A stretch of 45,915 nt of DNA, the filler included, from Catajapyx aquilonaris (lineage: Eukaryota): the NCBI GenBank assembly GCA_000934665.2. It is 2 parts of 2 records of this genome, joined end to end, with 100 filler letters (N's around TTAATTAATTAA, not from the genome) between each part and the next. Parts side by side here need not be neighbours in the genome. Positions count along the whole stretch, not along the records: positions 23,021 to 45,915 come from KZ539420.1; 1 more part is not named here. The stretch is one strand, 5' to 3'. The notes beneath the pieces are model-generated. The model saw only the letters and a program-made list of their open reading frames with translations, had not been told where the DNA came from and did no database searches. How positions within the stretch are numbered: the stretch's first letter is position 1; each line of letters begins with the position of its first letter. Both the position numbers and the translations under genes were made by a program. Positions 24,241 through 39,150 of the stretch are shown here, piece by piece.

Positions 24241-25936
24241 AGTCAACTTTCGGGACGTCAACTTGCACACTAAAGGCTTCGTTCACCGAACCCTAGATAT
24301 TTCTCAAACTTGTTCATTTCATCCTGGAGGGAGCACTGTATTTCTTTCGTGCATAATAGAAGCATGTATACAGTGCTCGGAAAACTCTTGCGGTATATAT
24401 ATGCAACGACTGTACTGTATAGACAGGTTTCGCTGATATTAACTTAACCCTCTTGAATTTAACCTGATTAACCTACACAATTCATTAGCGTAACTTAACC
24501 AGACCTCAATTAACATAATCTTAGTTCCTCCAAGGCAATTCCGAAACGATTTTCCTTCCAGAATGACCGCAGCCCCTTCCTTCCCTACACCCGTATCTAC
24601 AAAAATTGAGTAACATAAAAAGCACACATGTTTTATAGAATTCTCCTAACCATATACATAGTGATCCGCGGTCAAAGAACGTCTATGAACTGAGTCCTAC
24701 ATTATGCGTGAATAATGAGGCTTAAACAAAGGTGACGGAAGTGATCGAGATTAATCTGACAAAGCCAGGCTGCTTATCACTGGCAAACAATCGGCACCTG
24801 GAAACAAATCCCGAGCAGCATCTGACTTCACAACTCTTAATACAATGGCGGAAAATGAGAGGCCTTTGTACTCTGCACACAGACTGCACACATATTTGAC
24901 GCCCACACCCAGGTCCCAGGTAAACAAATTGCACAATAATTGTTGGGCACGCCCTCCTCCGCATGGTGACTGGCCATATTTTGTAAGTGCAAAAATTAAT
25001 GAGACTAAATGTGCACTACTGCCCAATTATACATGTATGTTTAAGCTAACGCGACACGCACATTTTGAACTTTTCGTGTAAATATTTCATGCTTTACAGG
25101 CGGTTTCACATGGAAACCTGCGCCTCTTCAAACGAAAAAGCCTCCCCTCTTCACTGAGAGCATGACATCCGCGGGACAGCAAGCGTGCCTTTCTGTGACG
25201 CTTTATTTATATATGGTGACCCTCTATTTATGAACCATGATTTGCACACATGAGACGCCAAGACGCCAAGATATTCCGCGTTTAATTACTCTGGAAATCG
25301 TATATTAAATCTAGCATATCTCTGTTGGGCGGGATACCGGACACAATTCACATATTGTGACAAACGAGGCGCTCACTATAAGCCACACCACCACTATCAA
25401 AAATTGCACGAACCAGTTACAATAATTAAGGTAATAAAGTAGATAACATATGCCAGAATTACTTGGGCATCACATGATGTGAGATAAACATGAGCATTAC
25501 TTGCGACTGAATTTATTTCTACAGTGTGCTCTACAGCATCAGACATTAAAAATGGGTAACGGTCTTTTCTGGCACGTATTATCAAATCCATAAACCTATT
25601 TTAACAGCTCTTATATTCGGGGTTGGTTGTATAATGACAAACATTACACTTTCAAATTATGTAACACATTATAGCCTCAGACGTTGTAAAGGTTTTTTCC
25701 CCCTCATTCTTCAGACTACCGACCCCTTTCAGAGTTGCACCACAATGAATTATACTCCCTTTGCGACTCCCCTGCAAAATTTATTATTTGCCATGTTAAA
25801 TATTTTGTGACCCCCACTGCTACGTATAGTGTACGTAGAGTATACGCACGTTAAGAGAAAAAGAAAAATTACTATCGCCAAAGTCGTTGCACAACCTTAG
25901 AATCACTCTGTACTAGTACAACACAATTTCCCAAGG

Positions 25937-25937
<1 letters not shown>

Positions 25938-25985
<48 letters not shown>
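25938..25985 (+). repeat. (TAT)16 microsatellite
   Basis: Read directly from the sequence. Confidence 0.97.
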
Positions 25986-26379
25986 GGAGGCTTATATCTG
26001 TCGAATATTGGATACCAAAAGCGGTCTGATCAATAACCCGGCTCTACCCGTCACAATATATTTGCGTATATATACATTTGTGTATCATCATCCTCCCAAC
26101 TTATCGCGCATTCACATGGCCGCTGTCCCTTTGTATTGATTTGGTAATTTCCTCTTCAATTAATGGACCCCGGCGATTAGTCCCTTACACGCGTGTTTGT
26201 CCAGTTTGTGGTATCCGCGAGCAGTTATCGGGTGTGCCTGAGAGCCAAACAATGTCACCGACTGAGCCATGGCGGGTGGGACGCAGCCAGCCCCGAGATG
26301 ACAAAGTCCAGCTTTGGGAGGGATAGACCCTTCCAACCCTTCACAGGGGAGGGGAAAAAAGAGAGTCGACGGTCGGCGA

Positions 26380-26750
26380 CACGAGCTTCGACGACACGAC
26401 ACCTCCAGCTTTATTTACTGCCGCCAGGGCTTCCGCTACAGGGAAAACCGTCGATGTCATTGCTCCCAGAGGACCTGCCCCCAAACTCCTTGGTCACGAG
26501 TTATAGTGAAGACCAGCCATTGCACATAACCATCCACTTTGCCGCTCGATACTCCACTCGATTTTTTTTTAACCCTCCTCTTCCCTCGATGCCTTCCAGG
26601 GATCCTCTTTCTTACTCAAATGCTATCGAGTCTATTGGGTCGGATTGAAAATAATGGCGCCCTCGCTGGTCGCTGCAGGGCCCCCACTTTTTTTTCGCCA
26701 TTTATGTGGGACGTACCAGCCACTATGAAACCGAAATTATACCCCTTATC
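26380..26750 (+). mobile_element. Degenerate LINE reverse-transcriptase relic
   Basis: PGLPLQG...DLPPNSLVTSYSED resembles GVPQG...DLP......YADD in the correct order. Confidence 0.4.
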
Positions 26751-27819
26751 TCACAACGACGTATTGATATAAGGGGTCGGGTTTTGTGAAGCTCGGTTTA
26801 CCACTAACTGAAGGTAAAATGCATGGCTTAGCACCCAATCCCCGAATCATGGGGCAGCGTGGAGCTCAAATGTTGCTCACATACCTGTCTACAATATTAA
26901 GCTGTACGCCTTGTTACACCCTTCGATTTTATCCAGCACGTGTCAGAGAATGAAGCTGATCAGAATGTTTGCTAAGAACAACCTAACAAGCAAGGTCAAA
27001 ATTGTGCATGAAATTTTCACGACCAGACTTGCGTAACATGATAAATTACCACCAACATGTCATAATTTTATCCCCAGGAAACAGTCCCAAGCTCCAGGTA
27101 TTACCCCTCCAGTACACCGGCGGCACGGTTCAATGCATAGTGAAACTTGTAATCAATAGCATGATTACGTCTCACGACGCCAGCTTCTAATTAATAAGGA
27201 AAAAGGGTGGCATAGAGCAGCGGCTTAATTGCACACGGAAGCATAAATTACAAATGGAGAGGGGGGCCGCCATGACTCCTAACACGGAAGACTCTTTTCG
27301 CAACTTAATCCTCTCCAGCATTATGCAGCACGTAATTTTTGGTGCGGGATGGGAGATGGGGGGCAAGGAGCTCCTCCCTTTTTTTTTGTTTTTTGGTACA
27401 ATTCGCACGTCCTGAATAAACCCGAGAAACTGGGAAACATTTCCCCAATTCCACGGACGCATTTCCAGTCCATCTCCCTGGCGCCAAGTTTTTCTTTTTC
27501 TGCACTCTGGGAAAAGTTGGAGGATGCTGGGAGGAGGAGGTGAGAAGGGGGAGGGGTCGGGGAGGATCTAATTTGATTCAGTAGCACCGAGTGGAAAGAC
27601 AATGAGAAGCTGCATAATTGAATTCAGGTGGGGGGGAGAATACATGGCATCTCCTTTCCCTCAACCTCATCTCCGCTGAGCCTGCTAAAGATAAGGGAGC
27701 CTGCGAAATCGAACAGCCGCGTACGTTGTCTCTGCTTATTTTTGAGGGGGGGAAAGAAAAAGGTATATATAGGTAAGAGGAGGCCTTTCGCAAAAGGAAA
27801 TTGCTGGGTTGTGCTTTCT

Positions 27820-28240
27820 CAGAGGCCCCAACTCATTGTACGCAAGGCCCAAGCAAGAGTTGTGTGCAGGTTTCGATAACATTCTGCAGCCTAAAAGGAA
27901 GGTGGGTGATCGATAAGGTACTGGCTCCAACCAAGGTGTCCGACTGAGAGTTCGGTGACAATCACAACAGCACAGCAGGAGGGCAGCAAGATTCGAAGCT
28001 CCTCTCTTTATAGGTCCCTTGAAAAGTTCTTCTTTTTTTCTTCTTCGGAAATACCGCTGGGTGGCAGGACCTCCTCGAGATTTGAAAAGGGTTTTGACAT
28101 CTGTTGGTCTTTGGCACATTTTCTCAAGAGACACAGAGCACTCTGGAAACACGTTTTTGCATTGTTTCCGACCATGAAATATTGGCAAGCTTCGAAGCCC
28201 CCAGAGAGAACTATCGTTCTTATTGTATAATAATTTCAAT
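27820..28240 (+). mobile_element. Degenerate LINE reverse-transcriptase relic
   Basis: TTAQQ followed by RFEKGFDICW...FLK resembles STxxQ...DxEKAFDxVW...LxK. Confidence 0.33.
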
Positions 28241-31200
28241 AACTGCTATCTGGACTTTCTGGTATATGTTTACAGAAGGCGTCAGTTAACATGTAGTAAA
28301 TCTCCAGTAATCGTCACTTGAGATCTCAGCAATGTTCCGGTCCAAGTCAATTCGGGTCTGGAATTGTCGCTGGAACTGGGACGCCGTCAACTGTTGCCTC
28401 GGCTGAAATCGGGTGGCACATTTGCAGAAACAAGTCGTGTTGTTGATGCCGCTTTAATAAACGCCACACGCTTTTACCCGGGCGACATTAATCTTCCGGG
28501 ACGCAAACTCCATCGCTTTGCTTCTCCCCGGCCGTTGATTTATCTGCCACGACAAAAACTTCGCACGCGATTTCGCCATGCAGACATGACAACTTCGGGA
28601 ATGGAAGGAGGAGCCCCCATGTCTGAAATGGCCCTGGATATTTCTAGCAGGCAAAATATGACGCGCAGCAGGTAAGTGAGGTGGTGGAGAAAAGAAGAAG
28701 AAGGAGAGAAAAAAATCGACAGGATTGTTCGCTCCTTTCAATATCGCTCAAGGCGGACGAGGAAGAACTGCGGACATGAATTGATGGACAAACGCTGTTC
28801 TTCCCCGTTCAGCAAAATCAGGCTGTCATCCTTGCAAGCACGAACGCGTCACAACTAACAGATACCGGAGATGGTATCTACTTAATATGACTTGGTTCGC
28901 CAGACGTAATGACAGTTTATCTCATCTCGGGTCCTTAAATCGATTCCTCTCTTTTTTTTTACTATACTTGTACAGTGGCCATAACGTTGACATTCCACTT
29001 GCCAAAATATATTACATCATTTTCATGCACGCCACGGAGAGAGCTTAAATATTGCTCGAAGGCCGACGTCAGTTCCAATGAGAGGCAAGGGACCCCGCTG
29101 TCCGCATGACATTAAAATCGGCGTTAATATCGCAAAAATATTGACGGGGATCAAGAGCCCTTCATACTGTCCGTTGACAAAAGGTGCGCGTTTATTCATC
29201 AGACAACACACGACACACCCTGTACTACAAGCCGAGCACTCTTTTACATCACACAATTTCAATGAGCAAATATAGCATTGTGGAGAGCAACTTGGCAGAG
29301 TTTAACGAGCATAAAGGTTACTGAAGCATCCAATCCTAATTTGACACCGTTTTGACCACAAAAGCTGGATTTGTCCATACTTTAACATAATGAACCCCCG
29401 GGCTCCTCTCCAGCACAACATGTATAAACCTTGACGTGGAAGTCAACAATGTCCCTTGGAAACACAAAAACCCCGGCCCTTGATGAACAAAGTGAATGGT
29501 GAGCAAACATTGCGCATAACTGCTGGGCGCTTTTTGCAACCCAGAAGAAACCGCTGGGCCAGCTCTGGCCAGGCCTTTGATGCCCCCTCTCTTCTAAATG
29601 AATAGCCTATATTTACCCTTCGTAATGAGGTGGTGCCTGACTCGCAGACCAGAAAGGTGCCTTCCTCTAATGTATGCACGTGATTGAAATACCGCATCCG
29701 AGAGGAGGAGGATCTTTTCCCCGCACCTTTTGTCAACGCTCTCTTGCAGAGGAAAAAAAAATCAAACGGCTCTCGAAAGGCAGCGACTTTTCCCTTATAT
29801 TCATATTGAACAAAAGATGCATTTCAGCCAGATGTAACTATAGCCTTTTCCCAAAAGAACACGCTTTTATAGCTGTACCATCCAAAAATTCTTGCATATG
29901 TTAATTATTTACACCTTTTTTTCTTCTTCAAATCAATTACGTAATACTGTACTGTTCTCTGAATCAGAATTTTAAATGTGCTCTCTGTAGACGCCTGGCG
30001 TTCTCAGCAGATGGCCTTCCGTGCCGCTGAAACACTTGAGCAGATCAATCCGTAATTAACAACCAAAACTCTCTGTAATAACAGCAAAAGCCCTCGCTCG
30101 CGTTTGATGTGTTTGTCAATATTATTTCAGTGTCGGGTATAAATTGTCCATGCTTTCCTTGGAATCCAAGATAACACGATCAAGCAACCTATCTATTAGT
30201 TCATGTTGCTGCAGACGGATTCAATGAGACTCTGACATGCCAGACGGTCTAATTTTATACCCAGGACCAATTACAGGAAGCGGGAGGGTCCTCCAGAATA
30301 ACGTTCCTCATCAAACTTGCCAGTAACGAAATCCGCAAAGCTACCAGTTTTTTTTTTTTTTTTTTGTAACGAGGCTCTTTATAGACTGCGCTTTTAATTA
30401 CGTAAATGGTTCCAATTTTATTGCAAAAATGAGAAAGATAATCTAAGTTAGATAATCAATAGCCGGCCAAGTTAATGCGAGTTTCTCGTGTTTAATTTTG
30501 TCCTTAAAAAAAGGTTCGTGCTGGTGACATATTTGTTACCCATTATTTATCACGTCGGTAATGATTTTAGCACTTGGATCAGTTAACGACAAAGGGGGGA
30601 AATGCGAAATGCAATTAGGGGCACGTACTGTATACAGTACACTCTCGCCTACACGAAACAAAACGACCCATTACTGAGTGATCTGAATAATTACAGTAGC
30701 AGTATATAACATTTTTGTAACACTGTAGCAAATTACAGGAACGTATAAATCGAAATTGCGCCAAACAGTTTCATTCTTAATTGCCATTTGTATCACATTT
30801 TCTTCCTAATTTTTTGCTAAATGCTCAATTCCTGATTCTGAGGATAAAGTCATTATGCAAATCATTTCATGACGACCTGCCAGGTCTTAACGCGGATTTC
30901 AAGATTTGAGCAAGATTTTAAAGGGGTTATGAGCAGGATTACGGAAGGGATTTAAATAGAGACTAGCTGCAAAGTGTTCAGTGAATTTCAAATTCGCTTT
31001 TCGTCCTCGGACCCTGAAAGCTGCAGGTGGTGGATCAATGAAGTCGAAAATTCCATAAATAATTTTGTCCTTGCACAATATCTGTGTAGGTTTCATGAAT
31101 AGGTAAGTACAAAGTACATTAACACATAATTGGAATTTGCATTTTTTTGTAATTAGCCATTTCTTTCCTTATTTGGTACATATTTATACGTGCTCAGACA

Positions 31201-34200
31201 GAGCTATAAATCTCTAAAATCAAACTGTATACTGTGCAAGCCATCGTGATTAAATGTAACTTTTTTTTTTGCTCATCCTGCTTGATGTGCGCATATTACA
31301 TTGCAATTCCCTTCGTATACATTACAAGTTCGTCTGCACAAAAAAAAGCAAAATATATCTAAAAAATTAAGCATGTGTAAGACTGGTATAATCTTCACCA
31401 GCACTTCCAGCAGCTCTTTTACGAATACTCTTCACTCTTTAATTAGTGCATGCTACTAGCAATAGTGTCACTTCATGTCAGATTAATAAGCAACAGAGAG
31501 AGAGTTCTTGGCTTGTAAATAGACCAGCTTAAGATGCACTTATAGACGCTGGAATTTCGCACAGCCATTCATTTTTCTTCCTCTGTGACAGGCCCATAAA
31601 TGAAAATTTCTTCACGCTCAAATGCTCAGAAGTAAACATGGTTCGTTCCGCCTTTCAAATCCGACAGAAATAATTACAAGGCAATATTTAAATGATGAAG
31701 TTCACCTATTCAGTGGTATACAATTAATCGGTCATATTCTGCATAGCCAACGAGAGAAATCCTGCAAACGTGACGTCATTCTCGACGACCCCCAACACGC
31801 GGAATAATGTCACTCTAATTCCTCTCTAGAACGCTCGACAGCGAAGGCTGACAGTGGATCTTGTAAGGCGTTAACAATTCACGCTTCGTTAGGCCTCAGT
31901 TTAATTAGGCCCTGTACCAAACTTCCCCTGGGCGTATCTAAAAGCTCCTCTACTCCTTTTTTCCCCCCCACTTCCCTCTCACCCTCTCTTTTACTCTTAC
32001 ACCCCTTCCTTCTCTTTTCCTTCTCTCCAGGGCAACTCAAGCCTCATCACCTCCAAAATGCAAAGACGTAACGCAATTAACGAATTTCTCCATTCATTCT
32101 TCGCAGCCTCGCTCCAAACTAACGAGAAAGATAATGCGCCTTTCACTAGCTAAAAATTGCATTGCGACCAAACGCCTTCCTGGACACTATTTAATTTTTC
32201 CTTCATCACGCACCCAGCATGGTGGGCATTACTCAATTACACCCGGCAACAAATTCATTATCGTCCCTGCTGCAATGAATAAGCCTGCCCTATTTATAAG
32301 GAGGGGGTGCCGAAAGAGGTCGCCTTCGACATTTTTGTTTTAACGGGGATTGCACAAAGTTAAACAACATTCCAGCGGAAACTAGTGCTATATTGCAGCG
32401 AAATGTGGTAAACACAACTGCACCATGCACTTAATTACAGTGCGCAACCAATTAGCTTCGCCACAGGATTTTTTTTTTTGCGTTCGCATCTCATCAAGAA
32501 GAACGTACCCAGTGCATAATTAATATACTCATCCCAGTCCGTTATGCATAAATCATAATGTCTGTAAAAACAACCCCTTTTGCACATTCGCACATTGTCG
32601 TAATTAACTGCTGCGGATATAGAGCGACCACAAGTCATTACTGCAAAAACCATTGCCAGCACTTATAGGCCCAAGTTGTCGCATCGCATTCTACATGAGC
32701 GGGAGATATAATACTATAAACTCCTCCGAGACTATACAACCCCCAAAACCGGGGTTATCTTGTCACAGACGATATTCACAATCGTACACACAAACGACAG
32801 TTTCATTGCCTATACAAAAAATTCCGCAACAATTTCGCCATTATTAAAATCATTATACTACTCCAAGCACACCATTCTGAAAGTTGGAATTGATTGATTC
32901 AAAAGGCTTCGTTGCTCTAACAAATTGCGCGGAGTCAGCCGCGCACACGACAGTTATTTACATTTAACACAATGTTTTTCTGAGTGTTCAAGTGAAGCCT
33001 GTCCGCAGGGTACATATGCAATGCAAATAGCTTAATTACGTTAATTGTTCTAGTTTTTTTTTCCTGCCTCAAGCTGGGTTGAATAATAAAAGCTTCATGA
33101 AGGTGGCGTGTAACTTGTCGCCACATTTTTCAGGCTGCCAAGGCACTTACTGAAAATCACAGCTTTAAAAGTGAACCTAACTCCATCCCTGTTTACGTAT
33201 ATGGAGAGAGAATCACTCGGTTACATAACACTGGATGAATAACAAACTTGTTATGTGACGGGAAAAATATAGTCTGATTCTACTCTTCTGTCGACTCGCA
33301 TGCTCCCGGGTTTATTATGCATTTCAAGGGTACTAAGAAGTACCCTATTGAGGGAAAGGAGGGCAAGAATGGAATTTGATGGCGATCCTGCTTCCCTGCA
33401 TATATGAAATTACTAGCTCGCCATCGCATTACTAGCATTAACATTATCATTACACCAATAATAATGAGAGTTGCTGGACTCTATTATGTGCAACGACCTT
33501 TTCATCTTTCTCTTCTTTTTTTTCTGTTCGCCTCCACCCCAGCAGTTGAAAAGTGGTGCATTCCAGTTCCATATACGTGATCACACATCGTGAGAAGACA
33601 ACCTTCGGTTCATGCTTGGTCAAAGTGGGAAGATCCCGCTCTCCGAAAGTTGAACGTGATCCAGAGCCAAACTATGCCAAACCCATCTCTCGCGAAAATC
33701 TCTTCCTCGACTGATGGATCGAGACGCGAAGGAAATAAAAGGAAACTCTATCATTGTTTTTTTTGTGGCGGTGAAGCAAAGATCACTCACTCGTCGCGCT
33801 ATCCTGATCTGTAAATGTCATCCTGAACGGACAATTTCATCGCTTGTCTGCAGACTTCTCTTGATATCTGTGGTGTCGAAATGTTACGCTACGTTGCAAT
33901 TCCCGTTTTTTTTGTTTTTTAAATAGTCACTTTGGTCTTAGAGATTTGTTTTTTAAAAATTGGGAACAACTGTCGAGGCCTTCAATTAAGTAATTCGTGC
34001 AATATTCCAGTGGCCTTGAATGATTCACACGGTTTACTCCACGATTCTTGCCATACCCGGCGTATATATATCGCAAATAAACCCTGTGCGTATTGATGCA
34101 TGTATATATCTTGACAAAAAAATAATAATCTAATTTTCCTGATCATTCATGTGTTTCACTATCATGCTTACTGAGTTTTGTTGTTACAAGTTCCAAACTA

Positions 34201-35449
34201 TTTTTAATGCAATCATTAATAACACGAAACACGATTAATATTAGTTATGATATGCCAAGTACGCACAAGGTATATTTTCTTAACAAACCAACTTCAGCGA
34301 ATGGGACTTCTGCTCATGCTCAAATCCCATAATATCCTTTCGACTTGGGATAAAGAGAAGTAAATGAGCAAATCCTGTCGGCCCAAGTCGGTCGCAGTCT
34401 TCCAGGAAAATCAGCATCGTCTGCTGAGTACACGTTTTAACATCATTAGTAAAGATTGAAGGCTTTGTCCCTCACAATGCGCAGTTCGTGCAGCTCCAAA
34501 TAGTCCAGAAAGCAAAGCGTACACTACATGGGGAGTTGAGGATAAACGAAACGGTCGAAAATAGAAACCATGAATGTTCGCTCATGCCTTTCAAAATAAG
34601 CACGTTCGCTAACTGATGCAAGGGAAGTCTGGGGGGGAAAAAAAAAATGTTTCGCAGCACTTGAGCAGCAGGCCGGAATAATTTCGCACCTGCGCTGCGT
34701 CGGCAGTGTGGGGGTCCAAAGACGCAATTATGCAGAACACAGTACTAGTAATAGTGTTTGAATTAAGCAGTGGCCATTAGCGTCGGAGGTGTGTGGTAGA
34801 TTTCCAATTTGAGATCTCCCGACGCATCATTAATTCATTAGATGTTTAGCACTTGGTCCATGTTTGAAAGTAGCAATAATGGGTATAAATGGAAGGGGGG
34901 ATGTATGTTAAATCCAGCTTAATGAAACACACTGCAGTGAAATTTAGGGGTCCACGTTAAGGCTTACGACCTCTTTCATGTGCGGGGTAGGGATTTTCGG
35001 TCATTTGATGCCAGACGCGTGCACGGCAGCTTCTATTTCACAACTTGGCACCTCGCCCGTCGGTTGCAGGTGGCTTAAATAAGCGGCGAATTTGGGTACA
35101 GGGGGTGGTGGGATGGGGATGGAAAAAAAAATACCGGCAAATATGCAACAGACGGATATTTTACCTAGTTGTCATACTAAAGCGGGGATGCATTAAAAAT
35201 TACACGATAAGCGCATTAAAAAATGGGGGAACCGGTGAAAAAAAAAATCGGGTTGCAGATTATGGTAACGTGGATTCACAATTTCACTCTCCAATGATTT
35301 TCAATTCCAAAGCAGCTGGAGCACAGGTAGGATCCCCTTTTTAAAAAAATATTTTAAAAATGGGTGCGGTCCAACTCAAATTTTTATTATTATCGTGATT
35401 GGCTATTGGCTGAAGATGCATTTTATACAGCACAAGAGGAACAGCTGCA

Positions 35450-35940
35450 AGGGATGTCGGCTCCTGGGACAATTTATTACCCCTCCCTTCCCATCCACCC
35501 TCCTGATTTTGGATTCAAAGGGACGAGCCGTGGTTTCGCTTTTTATGACACCCCTTCCAATTGGGACTGGCTTATATTGTATGAATGGAAAGAGCTGTAA
35601 CTCAGGATGAGGCCATTACCGCAATTATTAGGCCACAATCTGGCCCAATGGCTGACATACGCACTGGGAATAATTAATGACATGTTGATGCGTATTTTCG
35701 GAGAGCCAAAGTCCGACTTGGTTGTTTTGCGTTGGGCCGAGGGGGGGCTCCTTTTGTTTTTGTGAAAAAGCGCTAAAAGGAACTTGGGGAGGGAGTAAAT
35801 GTGAAGGAGAAAAATTCGCCTGGCTTTCAGTCAGAGAGAAGAAAAACTTCTGGTTCAGCCGTTGGCAAAGCACTCCGCTTAGGCCTCCACGACGTGAAGT
35901 AGACAGTTTACATTTCAAGTACAGTCCTGATCCGTGAAGC
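35450..35940 (-). mobile_element. Degenerate LINE (RTE-like) reverse-transcriptase relic
   Basis: VLCQRL...LTESQANFSP...QKQKE...NQVGLW resembles ILxxRL...LPESQCGFR...QEKxxEQN..LY. Confidence 0.33.
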
Positions 35941-35963
35941 AAACAGGGGGGGGGGGGGGGGGG

Positions 35964-35984
35964 NNNNNNNNNNNNNNNNNNNNN
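35964..35984. other. Assembly gap (21 N) between a poly-G and a poly-C run
   Basis: G18 at 35946-35963, then Ns, then a C-rich run. Confidence 0.95.
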
Positions 35985-38799
35985 TTCCCCCCCCCCCCAC
36001 CCTCCCCCTCCAGACTAGGACAGAATTTCCAGCACTGCACGTCCAAATCCATGCTAAAACCCCATTCATGACGTGGCCGCTTAATTTCGGATCCGGCTTC
36101 GGACGTCGTTAAAAAGTCTCATAGGTCGTCAAACGGCACTGAATTGGGTGTTGTATGGTGCATGCTAACTCGCTCCTTAGCCCCTCAATCGCCTTTTCTG
36201 CATGCCTATTCGCTGCCAAAGGGACTCTCTCTCTCTCTTTTTTTGCAGAGAGCAGTCGCAGTGACCATGGCCGTCGTGTTGTCGCATTTAAGCAGTATAT
36301 AGATGGAGCTTACTGCGTACTCTATATAGGCAAGCTATGGCGGCATCTCGACAACGTAATAATAAGTTGAAGGGTTGATCCAAGAAAATGGCCGCCGTAT
36401 TTCGTCCAAACGTCGTGGGATTTCGAAGATTTACATCCGGATTTATGGAACCTTGTACACAAGTATCAGTTCAACAAGTTGTTTCCTCCCTGATGTCTAA
36501 AATACGTGGGATTGCTTATAGTTACGACCTCAACTATACCGAGTTTCTTTGAAAATGCTTCCAAATTTAACCTTTACTTAAATTTGTTTTAAATACTGCA
36601 TAATTGTGTTCGTGGTCCATCACGATTAATACTGCCACGTCTTGTGCCTCATATACTTGAAATAATTGCAATAAATTCCACTGTTCATTAGTTGATATTT
36701 GATGCTTTGATGGCACAAAATATGGCGATAGACGCCATCACAGCCTTATATTTCGATAATAATGAAAAGGGATTGCACACTGTGCGAGTCTCAAGTATTG
36801 TTGTCCCAAAATAATTGTGGATTTTTAAAATACTACCCTGAGCTTCAGGGATAGGGGTATTATAGTGCTTGTCAACACCATTCAAAACCCAGACGCTGCC
36901 TAGAATAAACAAGTCTCGTTAATGGTTTATTTCTTCATACTAGCAAAAGCATCTATTCAGTACTGATTTTATGCAAACGTCTTCCAGCGTCTAACAAGCT
37001 ACACATAACGAGCTTGTGAAAAAAAGAGAGTACGTGATGCCAACACATGTCAAAGCCACCATCCTATATAGGTTCCTTGGAAAGGATATTTCTTTTTAAA
37101 CCTCCCCCAATCTTTAAAAAAAAAAATGAGACGCCGTAAACTTTGGTGCATCTCAAGTTTCCTCCTTAACAACCAACCGAGCCCAGCTGTATTTCTCCGC
37201 GAAATGTAAACATTTCCAGTCCTCATTACGACATGGCTTCATCCGCCACACAATCGACACACTCCTGATCCTCAAGCCCAGCCTCTCACAGATTGGAAAC
37301 AGGGTGGTTGGGTGGGTGCTGGAAGTTTCCATCTCCGTCTAACGAACACATCCGAAGAGTTTAATGACAGCTCTTCTCTTTCATTTTATGGATGGAAACA
37401 GGTATACATTCGGGCCCCCCTCTGAGCAGCAGCAGTTTCCATAGAAACTGACCTAAAATTCCCGGCGGTTCCCAGGTCAATATTTTCCCTAAATTTCATC
37501 CCGTCGAATTAGCTGCCCTTTGGTTTCAAATCGGATGGTGATATGTGTACATTACTGGAGGAGGCCAGAGTAGTCAATTACAGTGTAAATTTCATCAAAG
37601 GTGTAGGACACACATTGGGTTTATGAATCCGTGTAATCCCTGTGAATTCCGATGACAAACCGGTATCCAGCATATTCCCTAAGTGATTAGCCCCTCGGGT
37701 CATGTACCGGCATAAAAATAATATAAAAACTATTGAACAGGAGCTCGTTTGATGTCGGCGAGTCTGTAGGCGAGATAAACACTCTTGTCCGATAACTCAC
37801 CAGGGCTCAATGTGCGATTATGACCACGCCTCCTTTTTCCTGACGTCCAAATTGCTTCTTGGCAGCCAAGAAAATTATGATAAAAAAAAGAAGCAAGGTA
37901 GGCACGCGACAAGGTGGTCAGCATGGTTCGACTGTGCCTTTAAAAAAACAAGGCCGGACCGCAGTGTACTTGAATTTAATAAACAATAGTGAAGGAAATA
38001 TCGACGCCCGGTATATACACAGTGCGAGGGAGGGGTTGAAAATAAAAGTTGATGAGAGAAAATCGGGTTGAGTTGGACCGATCAATACTGAAATCCGTTT
38101 TCTGGGAATAAAACCAGCACAATACGCGATGACGGTTGAGAGTAACTCATCCAACCATATTACTGGGGGCGGTTGGCTCCAGCAGAGAGCCGCAGAAAAT
38201 CAACAGGGTTATAGTCCTGAGAATCCGGGATAATCCTTGTGGCTGTCCAAAGGGCGTTTTCCACAACATTTGAAATTACACTCAAAATAATTTAACCAGG
38301 TTTGCCCATAGATTTGAATTAATATTTTACTCAAAATTGAGGGAAAAGTTGCTTATAAAACATTGAAGCTAGAAAAAAAATTTCACTCGAAAGGAGTGGG
38401 CGCTATTTCGAGCATAGGAAGAGTGAAAGCACTCGGAATAATTTAGAGAGTACTTTTGCTTCTCGACCGTATCGGTCTTCCAGTACTGCACCCTTCCACA
38501 GGTATAAAAACCTAATAAAAAGTTATAGCCAGATCAATAAACCCAGACAAGACAAGACCGCAATTGTTGGCTTCCCAGAAACCCCCATTTTTTTCCCCCC
38601 TCCTAGCCGCAGTATCCACTATCATGCGATTCCACAGATAATTAAGCCCTATTTCTAGAGCCAGGTGGCACCAAAAAAAAAATACCGATCATCGACGGCT
38701 TCTACAGGGTTGTCCACTATCAAAGTCCACAGGCGAAGAAGTTTCCTTCCTCTCAGTTGCTGCTGGAGACAATGATCTACCCTGTGTCAGCCGACCAAT

Positions 38800-39150
38800 T
38801 AAGAACCTATTAAAGTAAGGGAGCAGGTAGCAGCTTTGGGGGGGAAGAAAAAGAAGCAAAAAATATATAAAAAATCAAGAGAGGACTGAAAGCAATCCGG
38901 ACTCTTCCGGGCAAACACCCGGCGGCATGTGCTCAGACGGTTTGCCATGGTTACGGTTCCTATGGAGACTATACGCGTTTTCTGGACTGGGCAGAAAACA
39001 CCCCCGGAAAACCCCAGGCTTCTTGTGCAGATAACAAACACTCCAGTCGGCTGGAATGGTGAAGGGATGAGGGGGTCTGGGTCTGTGGTTTAGGCACAAA
39101 CTTTTCTTCAGTTTTCCCAGGCCTCACTTCCTCGGAGCTTATTAATGTTT
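38800..39150 (-). mobile_element. Degenerate LINE (CR1-like) ORF2 relic
   Basis: EEV...K...PD..HP-like segment, then ICTRSLGFSGGVFCPVQKTRIVSI (cf. IFxxSLxxGxxPxxWKxAxVxPI). Confidence 0.27.

Noticed and set aside
31800..32660. TAATTA-rich stretch as a homeodomain enhancer cluster
   Set aside because: The motif is frequent throughout the window, and no conservation data are available.
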